The notes under the pieces are model-generated. The model searched no databases and was not told the origin of the DNA. It saw nothing but the letters and a program-made list of their open reading frames with translations. DNA of 32,804 bases from IMG/VR virus record IMGVR_UViG_3300037483_000307, positions 1 through 32,804 of that record; one strand, given 5' to 3'. A program made the position numbers and the translations under genes. Shown in pieces: positions 18,350 to 27,396 of the stretch; within the stretch, counting starts at the first letter, position 1; each line of letters opens with the position of its first letter. This DNA comes from a virus (taxonomy: Duplodnaviria > Caudoviricetes).

Positions 18350-19618
18350 TTAATAGATACCATCATACTCTGAATCTAATTCAAAATACATTCTCATAAT
18401 AAACATATCTAAGATGTCGGGAGAATGCCCTATCGTTTTCTTCACTTCTTCTTTTGGTAGTATTTGAATCTTGCCGTCTTTGTCCAACTCATAACTTTGC
18501 AAACATTCGATTTCTTTGATTGCTGCTGTTTTATCAATTTCACAATCAAATAGTATCTCTCCTGCATTGATTTTCTCTGCTAATTTGTAAGCACATTGTG
18601 ATTTTAAGTTCTTATAGTTAACCTTACCAACTACTTTACCACCATTTAAGAATGGTACTGCTCCACGCAAATAACCACGCAAAAACGTACCTAATCCATC
18701 GGCATCATAAACGATGTTAGAACGCATGACTTTCCAGTCCTCACTAACTTTTTTCAATAGCTTTTCAACCTCGTCAGCATCGCATTTATCAACCTCTATG
18801 TAGTGTATTAATCGTAACCCCTCCCAGACACCAACAACAAACTTATCAGACCCATGAAAGGCAATGTCGGAACTAATGTAACGAGTAGACCCTTTAACGT
18901 GTTCGTTTGTCCATAAACTATTAATTGAACCAAAAGAACATAGCATATCGTTATTTTCTTGTCCTTCCGCCAAATAAAGTTGCTTAAATATCTTAGTTGG
19001 TAAATCTCTTTGAGCTTGCAGTATCTCTTCTTCTTCTAATATACCTGCTTCAACCGCATCCCACGCTGTTATTTTGAAACAATCATATTCAGGGTCGGTT
19101 AATGCTTTTTCTTTTAATTGGTGCATCCAATTAGAAAGACCTCCAAAGTTACCAATCAACTTCATTTTACCCCTTGTTGCTGTAATGGTCGAACGTAAAG
19201 CATGAAAGGCTGTTACCTTTGCTCTTGGTGCTTCATCAAACACAATCCCGTAAACATCTTCACCAAATAGATTGTCGGGTTTATCAGCTGACTTAAAATG
19301 AATATTAACCCCCAAAGGGGTTGTAATAATTAGATTTGATTCATTTATTTTGTACAAGCCACAGGGTGCGACCTTTACCCTTAGTCGATTAAAAGCTATT
19401 TTTGTTTGAGAATAAACAGGAGCGACCCACCAATAGTTATAATTAGGTTTATTCGTTGGCAAATGTGCCATTTCAAATATCCACCAAATATGAGCAAAAG
19501 TTTTACCAACCTTAGTTGATGCTTCGGTAATCGTAAATCGAGCTTCATTGTAAAGAAAAGCCTTTTGATATGTTGTTAATATTGGGTTGTCAATTTCTAA
19601 ATCTAAAAAACCATCCAT
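18350..19618 (-). CDS. terL: terminase large subunit
   Basis: Walker A EASTKVGKT, WVAPVYSQ, Walker B VFDEA, nuclease SSDIAFHGSD, YDADGLG, SPDILD. Confidence 0.92.
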   Translation of the reverse strand: MDGFLDLEIDNPILTTYQKAFLYNEARFTITEASTKVGKTFAHIWWIFEMAHLPTNKPNYNYWWVAPVYSQTKIAFNRLRVKVAPCGLYKINESNLIITTPLGVNIHFKSADKPDNLFGEDVYGIVFDEAPRAKVTAFHALRSTITATRGKMKLIGNFGGLSNWMHQLKEKALTDPEYDCFKITAWDAVEAGILEEEEILQAQRDLPTKIFKQLYLAEGQENNDMLCSFGSINSLWTNEHVKGSTRYISSDIAFHGSDKFVVGVWEGLRLIHYIEVDKCDADEVEKLLKKVSEDWKVMRSNIVYDADGLGTFLRGYLRGAVPFLNGGKVVGKVNYKNLKSQCAYKLAEKINAGEILFDCEIDKTAAIKEIECLQSYELDKDGKIQILPKEEVKKTIGHSPDILDMFIMRMYFELDSEYDGIY

Positions 19619-19653
19619 TATTTATCGCATTTTAGTTACACCGCATGGATAAA

Positions 19654-20046
19654 CTATTCTTTAAACGATATTCTTATAGGTTTTTCGCCACCAGTCATTT
19701 CATTAACTTGTCTGTCAATCCAACCCATATTTTTTAAAGCAAAAATAGCCCCAACAGTATTACCCACTTGTAACTGCTCTTCATATTCACATTCAATAAA
19801 TAGCCTTGCTCTTTTTATAGTGTAAGAGAAATGCTCTTTTTTCTCGTAGTCATAAAAGGATTGTCTACTTTCAAACCCTAAAAATATAGTAAGTCCTGTA
19901 ATTGTAGGGACTTCAACCTCTATTGTTTTTTGATTAGGTGCTTTACCAATAATAACAGTACGCTTCTTTACTCCTTCATTAAAATATTCATCAATTTTTA
20001 ATTGTAATTTTTCTACTGATTCGAATATTGGACTACCTGTTGCCAT
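19654..20046 (-). CDS. terS: terminase small subunit (P22 gp3-like DNA packaging protein)
   Basis: PTITGL..FLGF.SRQSFYDY and GAIFALKNMGW.D motifs; directly upstream of terL. Confidence 0.85.
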   Translation of the reverse strand: MATGSPIFESVEKLQLKIDEYFNEGVKKRTVIIGKAPNQKTIEVEVPTITGLTIFLGFESRQSFYDYEKKEHFSYTIKRARLFIECEYEEQLQVGNTVGAIFALKNMGWIDRQVNEMTGGEKPIRISFKE

Positions 20047-20078
20047 ATCGTTTACATTTAACCTTTTGTGATTTCACT

Positions 20079-20198
20079 TTAGAAAATCAGATAATACAAG
20101 CCTATTAAAATTGATCCGACGGCGAATAATCCGAGTATTACTGAAATACATCCTTCTCCTGATGGGGGAGTTGTTTTATTTTCTTGACTTTTTTCCAT
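20079..20198 (-). CDS. small membrane protein (39 aa); not in the ORF track
   Basis: MEKSQENKTTPPSGEGCISVILGLFAVGSILIGLYYLIF fills the gap before terS. Confidence 0.5.
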   Translation of the reverse strand: MEKSQENKTTPPSGEGCISVILGLFAVGSILIGLYYLIF

Positions 20199-20514
20199 TT
20201 TTCTTGTTTTTTTTGGGGTGGTAGATTATTTTCTTTTCGATTTTTTTAATTGATTTCTCATTACTTAATGGAATTATTGTTTTAATTGGAGTTGGCTTTG
20301 GGATTAAGGTTTCGTTTACTTTTAAAAAGTTTACAATAACACGCTTAAAAACATCACATAATTTACCTGCACATGACATCATTGTATGTACTTTTTGCCC
20401 TGTAATTTCTTCAAAGGCATTTTTTATTGTTACTAAATCCTTTTCGGAAAGTTTTTCGTTGTTTAAAATTTTAGGTTCTAAAATTTTTAATTCTTTTATT
20501 AAATTTTGTTCCAT
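20176..20514 (-). CDS. hypothetical protein
   Basis: 112 aa, Cys pair, Lys-rich tail. Confidence 0.55.
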   Translation of the reverse strand: MEQNLIKELKILEPKILNNEKLSEKDLVTIKNAFEEITGQKVHTMMSCAGKLCDVFKRVIVNFLKVNETLIPKPTPIKTIIPLSNEKSIKKIEKKIIYHPKKNKKNGKKSRK

Positions 20515-20750
20515 GATAAATCTATAACTTTTGATATTAATATTGATAAAGAAAATTCATTTAAGTAATAAATATTGTTCGTAAAATATAAAATAGGCAA
20601 TAGTGCTAAGATGTTAACCCAAAGTGAAAGGCAAAAAAAACAATCATAAGGTTTACGATATTTCTTGCTTCCATGTATCATTTTTTTGAGCCAAGAGAAA
20701 AAATGGAACTCTTTTAAAAACAATATCATTAGGGTTAGTAAGTAAAACAT
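20499..20750 (-). CDS. membrane protein with KP.DCFFCLSLW (CxxC) motif
   Basis: Hydrophobic segments flank a CxxC; ATG 20750 preferred over GTG 20756. Confidence 0.6.
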   Translation of the reverse strand: MFYLLTLMILFLKEFHFFSWLKKMIHGSKKYRKPYDCFFCLSLWVNILALLPILYFTNNIYYLNEFSLSILISKVIDLSWNKI

Positions 20751-20755
20751 AATCA

Positions 20756-20763
20756 CAAATATA
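20756..20763 (-). promoter_or_regulatory. -7 promoter box (TATATTTG) heading the packaging genes
   Basis: TAnnTTTG; ATG follows after a 5-nt spacer. Confidence 0.6.
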
Positions 20764-20783
20764 TTAAAATTTAATCACTTTTT

Positions 20784-21143
20784 TTACAAAATTAAGAGAA
20801 TTTGATTTACTGTTTCGGTTTCAACGGTATAATTTCCCTCCATATTATTTCCTGTGAAAAATTTACATCCCATCCAGTAATTGTAATGTCGATATGCTAT
20901 TTCGTTTATCGAACCAAGTCCATGCGTATGTACTGCTCCAATCTGGTTTTTATCGTAAACCGTTTTCGCTTCTTTGTAATGCGGCATTGCTAATGAATAT
21001 CTTTCGTCATTATAAGTTTTTTTAAATAATTCAAATGTGGGCAGCTGCGGTTTATTGATTCTCTTGCCAAGTTCAGGAAGGATTTGGATATAAATATTCA
21101 AATATTCAATTAATAAATTAAACTCTTGATCTATTTCTTTCAT
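20784..21143 (-). CDS. hypothetical protein
   Basis: 119-aa ORF with an A-rich upstream region. Confidence 0.6.
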   Translation of the reverse strand: MKEIDQEFNLLIEYLNIYIQILPELGKRINKPQLPTFELFKKTYNDERYSLAMPHYKEAKTVYDKNQIGAVHTHGLGSINEIAYRHYNYWMGCKFFTGNNMEGNYTVETETVNQILLIL

Positions 21144-21191
21144 TTTTATTTAGTTTTTAAAAATTTGTTGCCAACACACATTAAAACGGTG

Positions 21192-21443
21192 TTAACGTAA
21201 AATTCGATTACAATCATCATCATAATCAACATCGTTTGTAAACGTAATTGAAGCTACTTTGTATATATCTTCCATTTTACCTAATTCAATTTCTTCTAAT
21301 CCAAAATATTCATAAATACCTTCTGGCGTACCATCTCCTGACGCATAATACCCGTTCATACGAAAATCTAACAATAACACTTCTGTAATGTTTGGCATAT
21401 TTTTAATTTTTTCTGCCAACTCTAAAAATTTTTCTACTTTCAT
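21192..21443 (-). CDS. hypothetical protein
   Basis: 83-aa acidic ORF; stop lies in a TAAC core. Confidence 0.6.
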   Translation of the reverse strand: MKVEKFLELAEKIKNMPNITEVLLLDFRMNGYYASGDGTPEGIYEYFGLEEIELGKMEDIYKVASITFTNDVDYDDDCNRILR

Positions 21444-21487
21444 TATATTTTGATTTAATAATTAACAAAAACGTTGGTATGCCGATG

Positions 21488-21709
21488 TTATAGGGCTTTT
21501 AAGAACAACACCGCATCTCCTTTATAATCATAAGTCATAAAAAATGGCTTACCACATATACATTTTATTTTTGTTGCCCAGTTTTTGTTTTTCTCACAGC
21601 GGTTTAAATATTTGTCATCCGCATCGCTGTATTCTTTTTTGCAATGCGGACATTTAAAATCCGTTTTGGCAAAATCTAAAAAACCATTTTTTATTTGCAT
21701 CCCTATCAT
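21488..21709 (-). CDS. small Zn-ribbon protein
   Basis: CPHC...C.CGK; start placed at ATG 21709, after the stop of the 21712-21852 ORF. Confidence 0.6.
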   Translation of the reverse strand: MIGMQIKNGFLDFAKTDFKCPHCKKEYSDADDKYLNRCEKNKNWATKIKCICGKPFFMTYDYKGDAVLFLKAL

Positions 21710-21711
21710 AA

Positions 21712-21852
21712 TTATTTGCATTTGCGTAGTTGTTGCTCCCTCCATTGATATACTTTTCTGCGTTTTGCAAACTGCCACCATTTGCAATCGTTCAGTTTAT
21801 AAATGAACGTCAGCTCAATAGTGTAGCGTAGTAGTGAAAATTCTTTTTTCAT
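21712..21852 (-). CDS. hypothetical 46-aa protein; not in the ORF track
   Basis: MKKEFSLLRYTIELTFIYKLNDCKWWQFAKRRKVYQWREQQLRKCK fills the gap after VRR-NUC. Confidence 0.45.
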   Translation of the reverse strand: MKKEFSLLRYTIELTFIYKLNDCKWWQFAKRRKVYQWREQQLRKCK

Positions 21853-21864
21853 AGTCGGATAATA

Positions 21865-22122
21865 TCAAAATTCATTTAATTCTAATTTTTTACTTACATA
21901 ACATTTAAAGCCATTTTTTTTTAATTCAGAAAGCCTATATTTTTGAATTTCTGATAATACTCCTGTTTGCGTTTTGCACTCGATAAATATAGGACCCTCT
22001 CCACTTTTTAAAGCAATCAAATCGGGGATGCCATTTTTATTACACTTAATTATTTTAATCAAATAATACCCCTGAGCCTCTAGTTTCTTTATTATTTTTG
22101 CTTGATATTTCTGTTCTGTCAT
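21865..22122 (-). CDS. VRR-NUC domain nuclease (Holliday junction resolvase-like)
   Basis: E...Q..I, GIPDL, FIECK...G.LS..QK PD-(D/E)xK motifs. Confidence 0.85.
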   Translation of the reverse strand: MTEQKYQAKIIKKLEAQGYYLIKIIKCNKNGIPDLIALKSGEGPIFIECKTQTGVLSEIQKYRLSELKKNGFKCYVSKKLELNEF

Positions 22123-23329
22123 AATATTTTAATGTAAAGTTTTTTTTATTTTTAACAACATTATACACTTTTTGTTCGATTCCGCAATCGGAAAATAACC
22201 AATAAATATCACTTTCATTACTTGTGATGGTCGTCATTCTATCTCTAAATTGAAAATAAGTTGTTGCGGAAAAATCAATATTAAAAGCAATAATCATGTC
22301 CGCTTTATCTAACTTAATCCCCTCACGCCCAGAAACAAATTGAAGACAAAGTGTTTTATCAGTTGAATTAAATTCATCCACATCATCAGTAACATCGAAA
22401 AACTCTTTTAACATTTCAAGTTCCATTTTGAACTTATAAAAAATAACTATCTTTTGACCCTCAAAATTATCTTGAATAAATTGGGCCTTTGTTTTATCAA
22501 TAATAACTCCTTTCTGACTTTCGTCTAAAATACAAGTGCCACTACTAAGTTGATGTATCTTCTGCATTTCTTTTGCCCCACTATCGGCTAAAATAACATC
22601 ATTTTTACCTTTGAAAATCTTGTTTTTTTTTAGTGTTTTTATAATATTTCTAGTCATTTCAGACATTTTTACATTAACAAAATGCTCCCGAATTTCATTT
22701 ATAAAACCTGCTTCCTTTTGCGAATAGGTAAGAAAATTTAATTTATCAATATCAAAATGGCAATCTGTATAATCATTAACCAGGTAACTATGTCCAACGT
22801 GCTTCTGTTTTATATTAACATTTTCTTTTGCCCATTGATAGAAATTATATCCCACAAATGGGCTTTTATTGCCCAAAACATACATTTGATGAAAAATTTG
22901 TGAACCACTTTCAGGAGTTGGCGTTCCACTTAAAAACATAACCATCGAATGAATATGTATTTTTTGTTTCAATAATTTTGATTTTTCGCATGGTTTCGGA
23001 AAACCGCCCAACTTGTGAACTTCGTCTAATATCCAACAATCTACATGAGTTGATAAATCTAGTTTGTGTAACCGCTCATAATTTATTATCTCCACTTTTA
23101 TCGAGTTGTCGTTTAATAATTTAACATCATTTTCAATAGATGAAATGGCTTTTAATTTTGTTACAAAAACAACTCTTTTCTTTTGACCCCCCAACTTACT
23201 AGCAATAGATAAAGCAGTTAATGTTTTACCTGTTCTGACTTGCATGGCTAAATAACACCATCGACGTTTGAGTAGTTGATTTAAACCTTTCTCAGCTATT
23301 TCTATTTGATAATCCCTTAATACTACCAT
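22055..23329 (-). CDS. SNF2-like superfamily 2 helicase
   Basis: LRDYQ, VRTGKT, LDEVH, LSGTP, SGREGI motifs. Confidence 0.88.
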   Translation of the reverse strand: MVVLRDYQIEIAEKGLNQLLKRRWCYLAMQVRTGKTLTALSIASKLGGQKKRVVFVTKLKAISSIENDVKLLNDNSIKVEIINYERLHKLDLSTHVDCWILDEVHKLGGFPKPCEKSKLLKQKIHIHSMVMFLSGTPTPESGSQIFHQMYVLGNKSPFVGYNFYQWAKENVNIKQKHVGHSYLVNDYTDCHFDIDKLNFLTYSQKEAGFINEIREHFVNVKMSEMTRNIIKTLKKNKIFKGKNDVILADSGAKEMQKIHQLSSGTCILDESQKGVIIDKTKAQFIQDNFEGQKIVIFYKFKMELEMLKEFFDVTDDVDEFNSTDKTLCLQFVSGREGIKLDKADMIIAFNIDFSATTYFQFRDRMTTITSNESDIYWLFSDCGIEQKVYNVVKNKKNFTLKYYDRTEISSKNNKETRGSGVLFD

Positions 23330-25677
23330 TCTATTTCTTTTAATTCTTCTTTTTTATTTTTTTCTCCAATATAAAAATGAAAAATGCCGTTATATTTTGT
23401 TTCGGTGAAATCTATTTTATGATATTTACAGTAATCTTTTACCTTTTGGTTGAATTTTTGGGGAGAATTAAATTTAGCAATAATTGGATATTGTTTATTG
23501 AAGTTGTCCCTAAAGTCTTTTCGATTTAAAGCACTACCATCAAAATTCTGCAACTCCATAAACTCAATAAATTCTGGTCCTAAATCATTTTTCAATTTTC
23601 TAAACGCTAAATTAATTTTATTACTTTCCACTAAACCATTTTTTAAAAAAAATTGAACACATCTAGTCATAAAATTATCGAAATTAGCCCACTCTTTATC
23701 GTTCCATTGGCTAAAAAATTGATGTTTAAATTCGTCCTCAGGAGTATGAGTTTCATTAAAATAATTAGCAATCTCAACTTCAAAAACTCTACGATTAAAA
23801 GAAGCTCCATCACCTTTAATTGTGTAATTTGTGGTCAATGAAATCTTAGGACTTTCTCTAAACGGAATTTGAAAAGCATCCTGTCCTTTCTTTTCAACCG
23901 TCATGCCCTCCGTTATTATACTAAAAAGGCTTTCAAAATTAAAGTTTTTTGGAACGTCGTCTAACAAGAAAATTTGAGTGTCTTTGTTTACTTTTTGATA
24001 CGAAAATTGACCCCTAGGGTCGAATTTTTTTCCGTCTTCAATAACAATGTTTTTTATTTGTCCAATAGCACGATGTATAAGCCCTTTACCACTTCCACCA
24101 TTAGGCACGTCCTCACTTATCATTTCATCGTTAAATATGATTGATTTTGGTTTTGATTCATTTTGATAAGAGTGCATTAAATAACCAATTACAGACTTCA
24201 AAGTGTAATATCTATCAATATTTTGACCACTAACAAGCCAAATGAAAGTTTTAAAAACACCGTCGCTTTCGTCCTTTAAAGAAATGTTTCTATCAATAAC
24301 TTGATTTTTCCAAATAAGGTCGTCAATTTCTGAGTATTTTAATAGTTCAATATTATCTTTTGTTGTTTTTACAGCTGCATTTTTATAGTAGATGTATGAA
24401 GTATCAACGGTATCACGATTGAATTTTACGTTAATTGTTTTAATCATGGACAAAAATTGTCCATTAAAATAATTTGTGTTTGCAGCCATCAACTCAAAAG
24501 CATCAATTTTTCCAGATGTTCTTAATCCCGTTAAAACAAAATCTTTTATCTTAGATTCTTCAAAAATGTAAATGAAGTTCTTGTCATTTTTTACAAATAA
24601 GTAAACACCGCTATTTTCATCAGGATAAAATTTGAAAATATTGTTGTTTTCAAGGTACTGCATAAATCGAAAAGTAGCCAACTTTATAACCTCATTTTCG
24701 TTGTAGAACCAAAATTCATCAGTTTTTAAATTGCTTTTGTGTAGTTCAAATTCATTTTCCAAAGCAGCAACATCAATACCTTTAAATTTTTCAACAGCCG
24801 TATTAAAATTTTCTCCTGCTAAAGCTAAATTTTTTACCTCATTTACTTTTTTCTTGTCCTCAAAACTTTTAGTGTTAAATTCGTTTTGATATTTGTAAGC
24901 TGAATTTATTAATTTTTGTATCTCTTTTTCTTTTCCCCCACTATCATACCGAAATAAATAACTTTCACAAGTGCTTTTATCAATTCCGAAAGCATTCATT
25001 TGTCGAGCGTAAGCATGAAGATTATTATTTCTATTAACTGCGGACCAACGTTTTTGAAACCATTTCTCTAAACGTTCAGCTATTTCATTTTGATTGGTTA
25101 ATGGAATATTTACAATTTTAGTGTCTTTTGGAAGTGGTCTATTAAATTTATCTGAAAATAATTCACTTTCGTTATTCAAATAAAGATTTTCGTCATAACT
25201 CAAATAACAAGCTCTTGCAATATCTTTAGTCGCTGGGTCTGAAATATGATATTTATCATAATACTTACATAATTCAATATAATAATCTTGGTAATCTTCA
25301 TTGTTATCGACAAATGGAATTCTTACCAAAACTTTTAACCCATCCCCACCGGGAGAAACAAAAGAACAAAATGTGTAATTATCAGTATTTAAAGCAAATC
25401 TTAAGTCTTCAACATCTTCAACATTATCGAAATCTAAACAAGCGAAACCGCTATGTTTTTTTAAATTTGAATTTGACCTACTCGAAAACACACCTCCAAA
25501 AGTAACGTAGCTTAATTTAGATTTTAGTTCATTCCTTTTTGTTTTTTCGCTTTCATTTCTAATTTTTGCAATTTCAGTTTTAAATTGTCCATTTCTTATC
25601 AATTCAAAAACTTTAAATACCGAAGTATCTTTTATTGGAATTGTTGATTTTATGTTTTTAAAAAAAGAAACTCTCAT
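23323..25677 (-). CDS. primase-helicase (BT4734/VirE N-terminal primase + PriCT + SF3/D5-like helicase)
   Basis: HSGFACLDFD, FVSPGGDGLK, KDIARACYLSYD, RNNNL, Walker A GGSGKG, LLDDV; ATG 25677. Confidence 0.85.
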   Translation of the reverse strand: MRVSFFKNIKSTIPIKDTSVFKVFELIRNGQFKTEIAKIRNESEKTKRNELKSKLSYVTFGGVFSSRSNSNLKKHSGFACLDFDNVEDVEDLRFALNTDNYTFCSFVSPGGDGLKVLVRIPFVDNNEDYQDYYIELCKYYDKYHISDPATKDIARACYLSYDENLYLNNESELFSDKFNRPLPKDTKIVNIPLTNQNEIAERLEKWFQKRWSAVNRNNNLHAYARQMNAFGIDKSTCESYLFRYDSGGKEKEIQKLINSAYKYQNEFNTKSFEDKKKVNEVKNLALAGENFNTAVEKFKGIDVAALENEFELHKSNLKTDEFWFYNENEVIKLATFRFMQYLENNNIFKFYPDENSGVYLFVKNDKNFIYIFEESKIKDFVLTGLRTSGKIDAFELMAANTNYFNGQFLSMIKTINVKFNRDTVDTSYIYYKNAAVKTTKDNIELLKYSEIDDLIWKNQVIDRNISLKDESDGVFKTFIWLVSGQNIDRYYTLKSVIGYLMHSYQNESKPKSIIFNDEMISEDVPNGGSGKGLIHRAIGQIKNIVIEDGKKFDPRGQFSYQKVNKDTQIFLLDDVPKNFNFESLFSIITEGMTVEKKGQDAFQIPFRESPKISLTTNYTIKGDGASFNRRVFEVEIANYFNETHTPEDEFKHQFFSQWNDKEWANFDNFMTRCVQFFLKNGLVESNKINLAFRKLKNDLGPEFIEFMELQNFDGSALNRKDFRDNFNKQYPIIAKFNSPQKFNQKVKDYCKYHKIDFTETKYNGIFHFYIGEKNKKEELKEIEW

Positions 25678-25687
25678 TATTATATTA

Positions 25688-25803
25688 AACCTCAACAAAA
25701 AGCCTAGCCCACCAGTCAGATTGGCATCAGCTTAAAGTTGAGGTTATTTTAAATCTTTAATTGTAACTTTCATTTGACTGATGTATTTCATTTAGCAAAT
25801 ATA
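25688..25803 (-). promoter_or_regulatory. primase promoter (-7 box TATATTTG at 25796-25803), 15-aa leader ORF (25744-25791) and stem-loop
   Basis: MKYISQMKVTIKDLK* followed by the AACCTCAAC...GTTGAGGTT inverted repeat just upstream of the primase ATG. Confidence 0.5.
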
Positions 25804-25852
25804 CAAAATTATTTAAAGTAAACTATTTTTTATATAAAAATTTTCAAAAGTC

Positions 25853-26180
25853 AATGGTAGCAAGGCTTAGGGTATAAATGCAAAAGTTTTGCCCCACTGG
25901 TAAAAATAAAAAACAGCTATAACCTAATGATACCAACGGCTAGGGCATAAATGCAAAACTGAAACCTTTCTTATTTATATTAGAAACACAATCTAAAATA
26001 AAAAAAACATACATAAAAAAACGTGTTTTATTTTTTTGCAAAGTCGTTTAAAAAAAATATAAAAATAAGAAACATTTTTTGCATTTCTGCCCCAAAAACC
26101 TAAAGTCCTTACTATCATTGAATTTTTCATTAGCAAAACTTTTTTAACAGTTTTATCTTCGGGGTAAAATATATAACCCC
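25853..26180. repeat. putative replication origin with iteron-like repeats
   Basis: Longest non-coding, very AT-rich gap. Two direct copies (25853-25885, 25926-25958) and one inverted copy (26077-26119) of AATGRTA..A.GG..GGGYAKAAATGCAAAA; GGGGT..ACCCC hairpin at 26161-26180. Confidence 0.55.
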
Positions 26181-26260
26181 AATTTCAATACCTACTAATT
26201 TTTATTGAGATTTAATTTATTTAATTAGGATTATTTTCTACTAAAAAATTATAAGTATTT

Positions 26261-26557
26261 TTATATTTCTTTTAATTTTGCATCCAAAGCATCATTAAAC
26301 AGCGACATCAAACGATATGTGTACTCCATAAACCCCCTCATGGTTTCTTCTTTAGTTGATGTCCCGCTTTCAAAATCATTCAAAAAGCCCTGACACATCT
26401 TCTCGGCGTCCCAACTTGTTTTTATCTTCGCTATTTTTACATCTTCCGTGCCTGTTTTTAATTTTCTAATCATTTTGATTAATTCATCTTTTGGTAATTT
26501 CTTAACGGCTTTCTCCCATTCAGAGCTGTAAGCTTGATATTTTTTTTCCATATTCAT
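26261..26557 (-). CDS. hypothetical protein
   Basis: 98-aa ORF. Confidence 0.6.
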   Translation of the reverse strand: MNMEKKYQAYSSEWEKAVKKLPKDELIKMIRKLKTGTEDVKIAKIKTSWDAEKMCQGFLNDFESGTSTKEETMRGFMEYTYRLMSLFNDALDAKLKEI

Positions 26558-26561
26558 TTTT

Positions 26562-26738
26562 TTAGTTTATTTTATTATTTTTATTTTTCTGCTTATATTT
26601 TGACAATTCAATTACAGCTCGGTTTCTTAAATTTATGCTTTCGAAAGAATATTTTTCCTTTCGCACTATGTCTTCCGCAAACTTTAATGTTGCTTCCAAA
26701 TCCAACAAATGTTGGTCTATTTTCTTAGGCTTTTTCAT
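26562..26738 (-). CDS. hypothetical 58-aa protein; not in the ORF track
   Basis: MKKPKKIDQHLLDLEATLKFAEDIVRKEKYSFESINLRNRAVIELSKYKQKNKNNKIN; overlaps the exonuclease stop. Confidence 0.5.
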   Translation of the reverse strand: MKKPKKIDQHLLDLEATLKFAEDIVRKEKYSFESINLRNRAVIELSKYKQKNKNNKIN

Positions 26739-27396
26739 ATGTCAAAGTTTTTATAAAATTTCTACATTCAATTACTCTACTTTTTAATTTTTCTATCACT
26801 TCTTGGTCTTTTTTAATCTCAAAAACTTTGATTTTTAAATTGTTAGGAATATCTGAGTACGTCATTTTAGCGATAAATTTGTCCAAAATATCCAAATCTA
26901 ATTCATCATATCCGTTATTTTTACAGAACCAGTAAGCTTCTTTTTCTATCAAATGCAAAGGCGTGTCCGAAAGGACATAAATTACTTTGTAATTTTCCCT
27001 GCCCACTAATTCCATGTAAACCTGAGCTTGATAAAAAAAATCGCTGTTGGGCAATTCTTTTTCAAATAATGGAAAAGTAAAACAATCCCAACTATTTTTA
27101 ACATCAATAATTTCGTTTGCCAAAATAATATCTGGCGTCCCCTGCATGAACTCGTTTTCAAAAAACTTTTCATTTTTTGCTAAAAAACCGTAACCTAATT
27201 CATCAGCAATAAAATCAATAGAATTGTCCTCAACTTCGTTTCCCTTTTGCGTGTATTTGTTTAAAATATCACGTTGTCTGTTGTACACTTGCCCTTTCAA
27301 CCAATCCTTACAATATGTTTCTCCTGTTTTTCCAAATGCTCTAATGCCCATAATATTGCCACTTGCGGAAGCTCTAATTTTAAATTCTTTTCTCAT
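26725..27396 (-). CDS. YqaJ/lambda-exonuclease-like recombination nuclease
   Basis: RAS, KGNEVE, GTPDII, DVKNSW, YQAQVYMEL motifs. Confidence 0.82.
   Translation of the reverse strand: MRKEFKIRASASGNIMGIRAFGKTGETYCKDWLKGQVYNRQRDILNKYTQKGNEVEDNSIDFIADELGYGFLAKNEKFFENEFMQGTPDIILANEIIDVKNSWDCFTFPLFEKELPNSDFFYQAQVYMELVGRENYKVIYVLSDTPLHLIEKEAYWFCKNNGYDELDLDILDKFIAKMTYSDIPNNLKIKVFEIKKDQEVIEKLKSRVIECRNFIKTLTYEKA

Noticed and set aside
21740-21800. Another attC-like arm (ggtggcagtttgcaaaacgc)
   Set aside because: No AAC/GTT core or partner arm; better explained as coding sequence of the 21712-21852 ORF.
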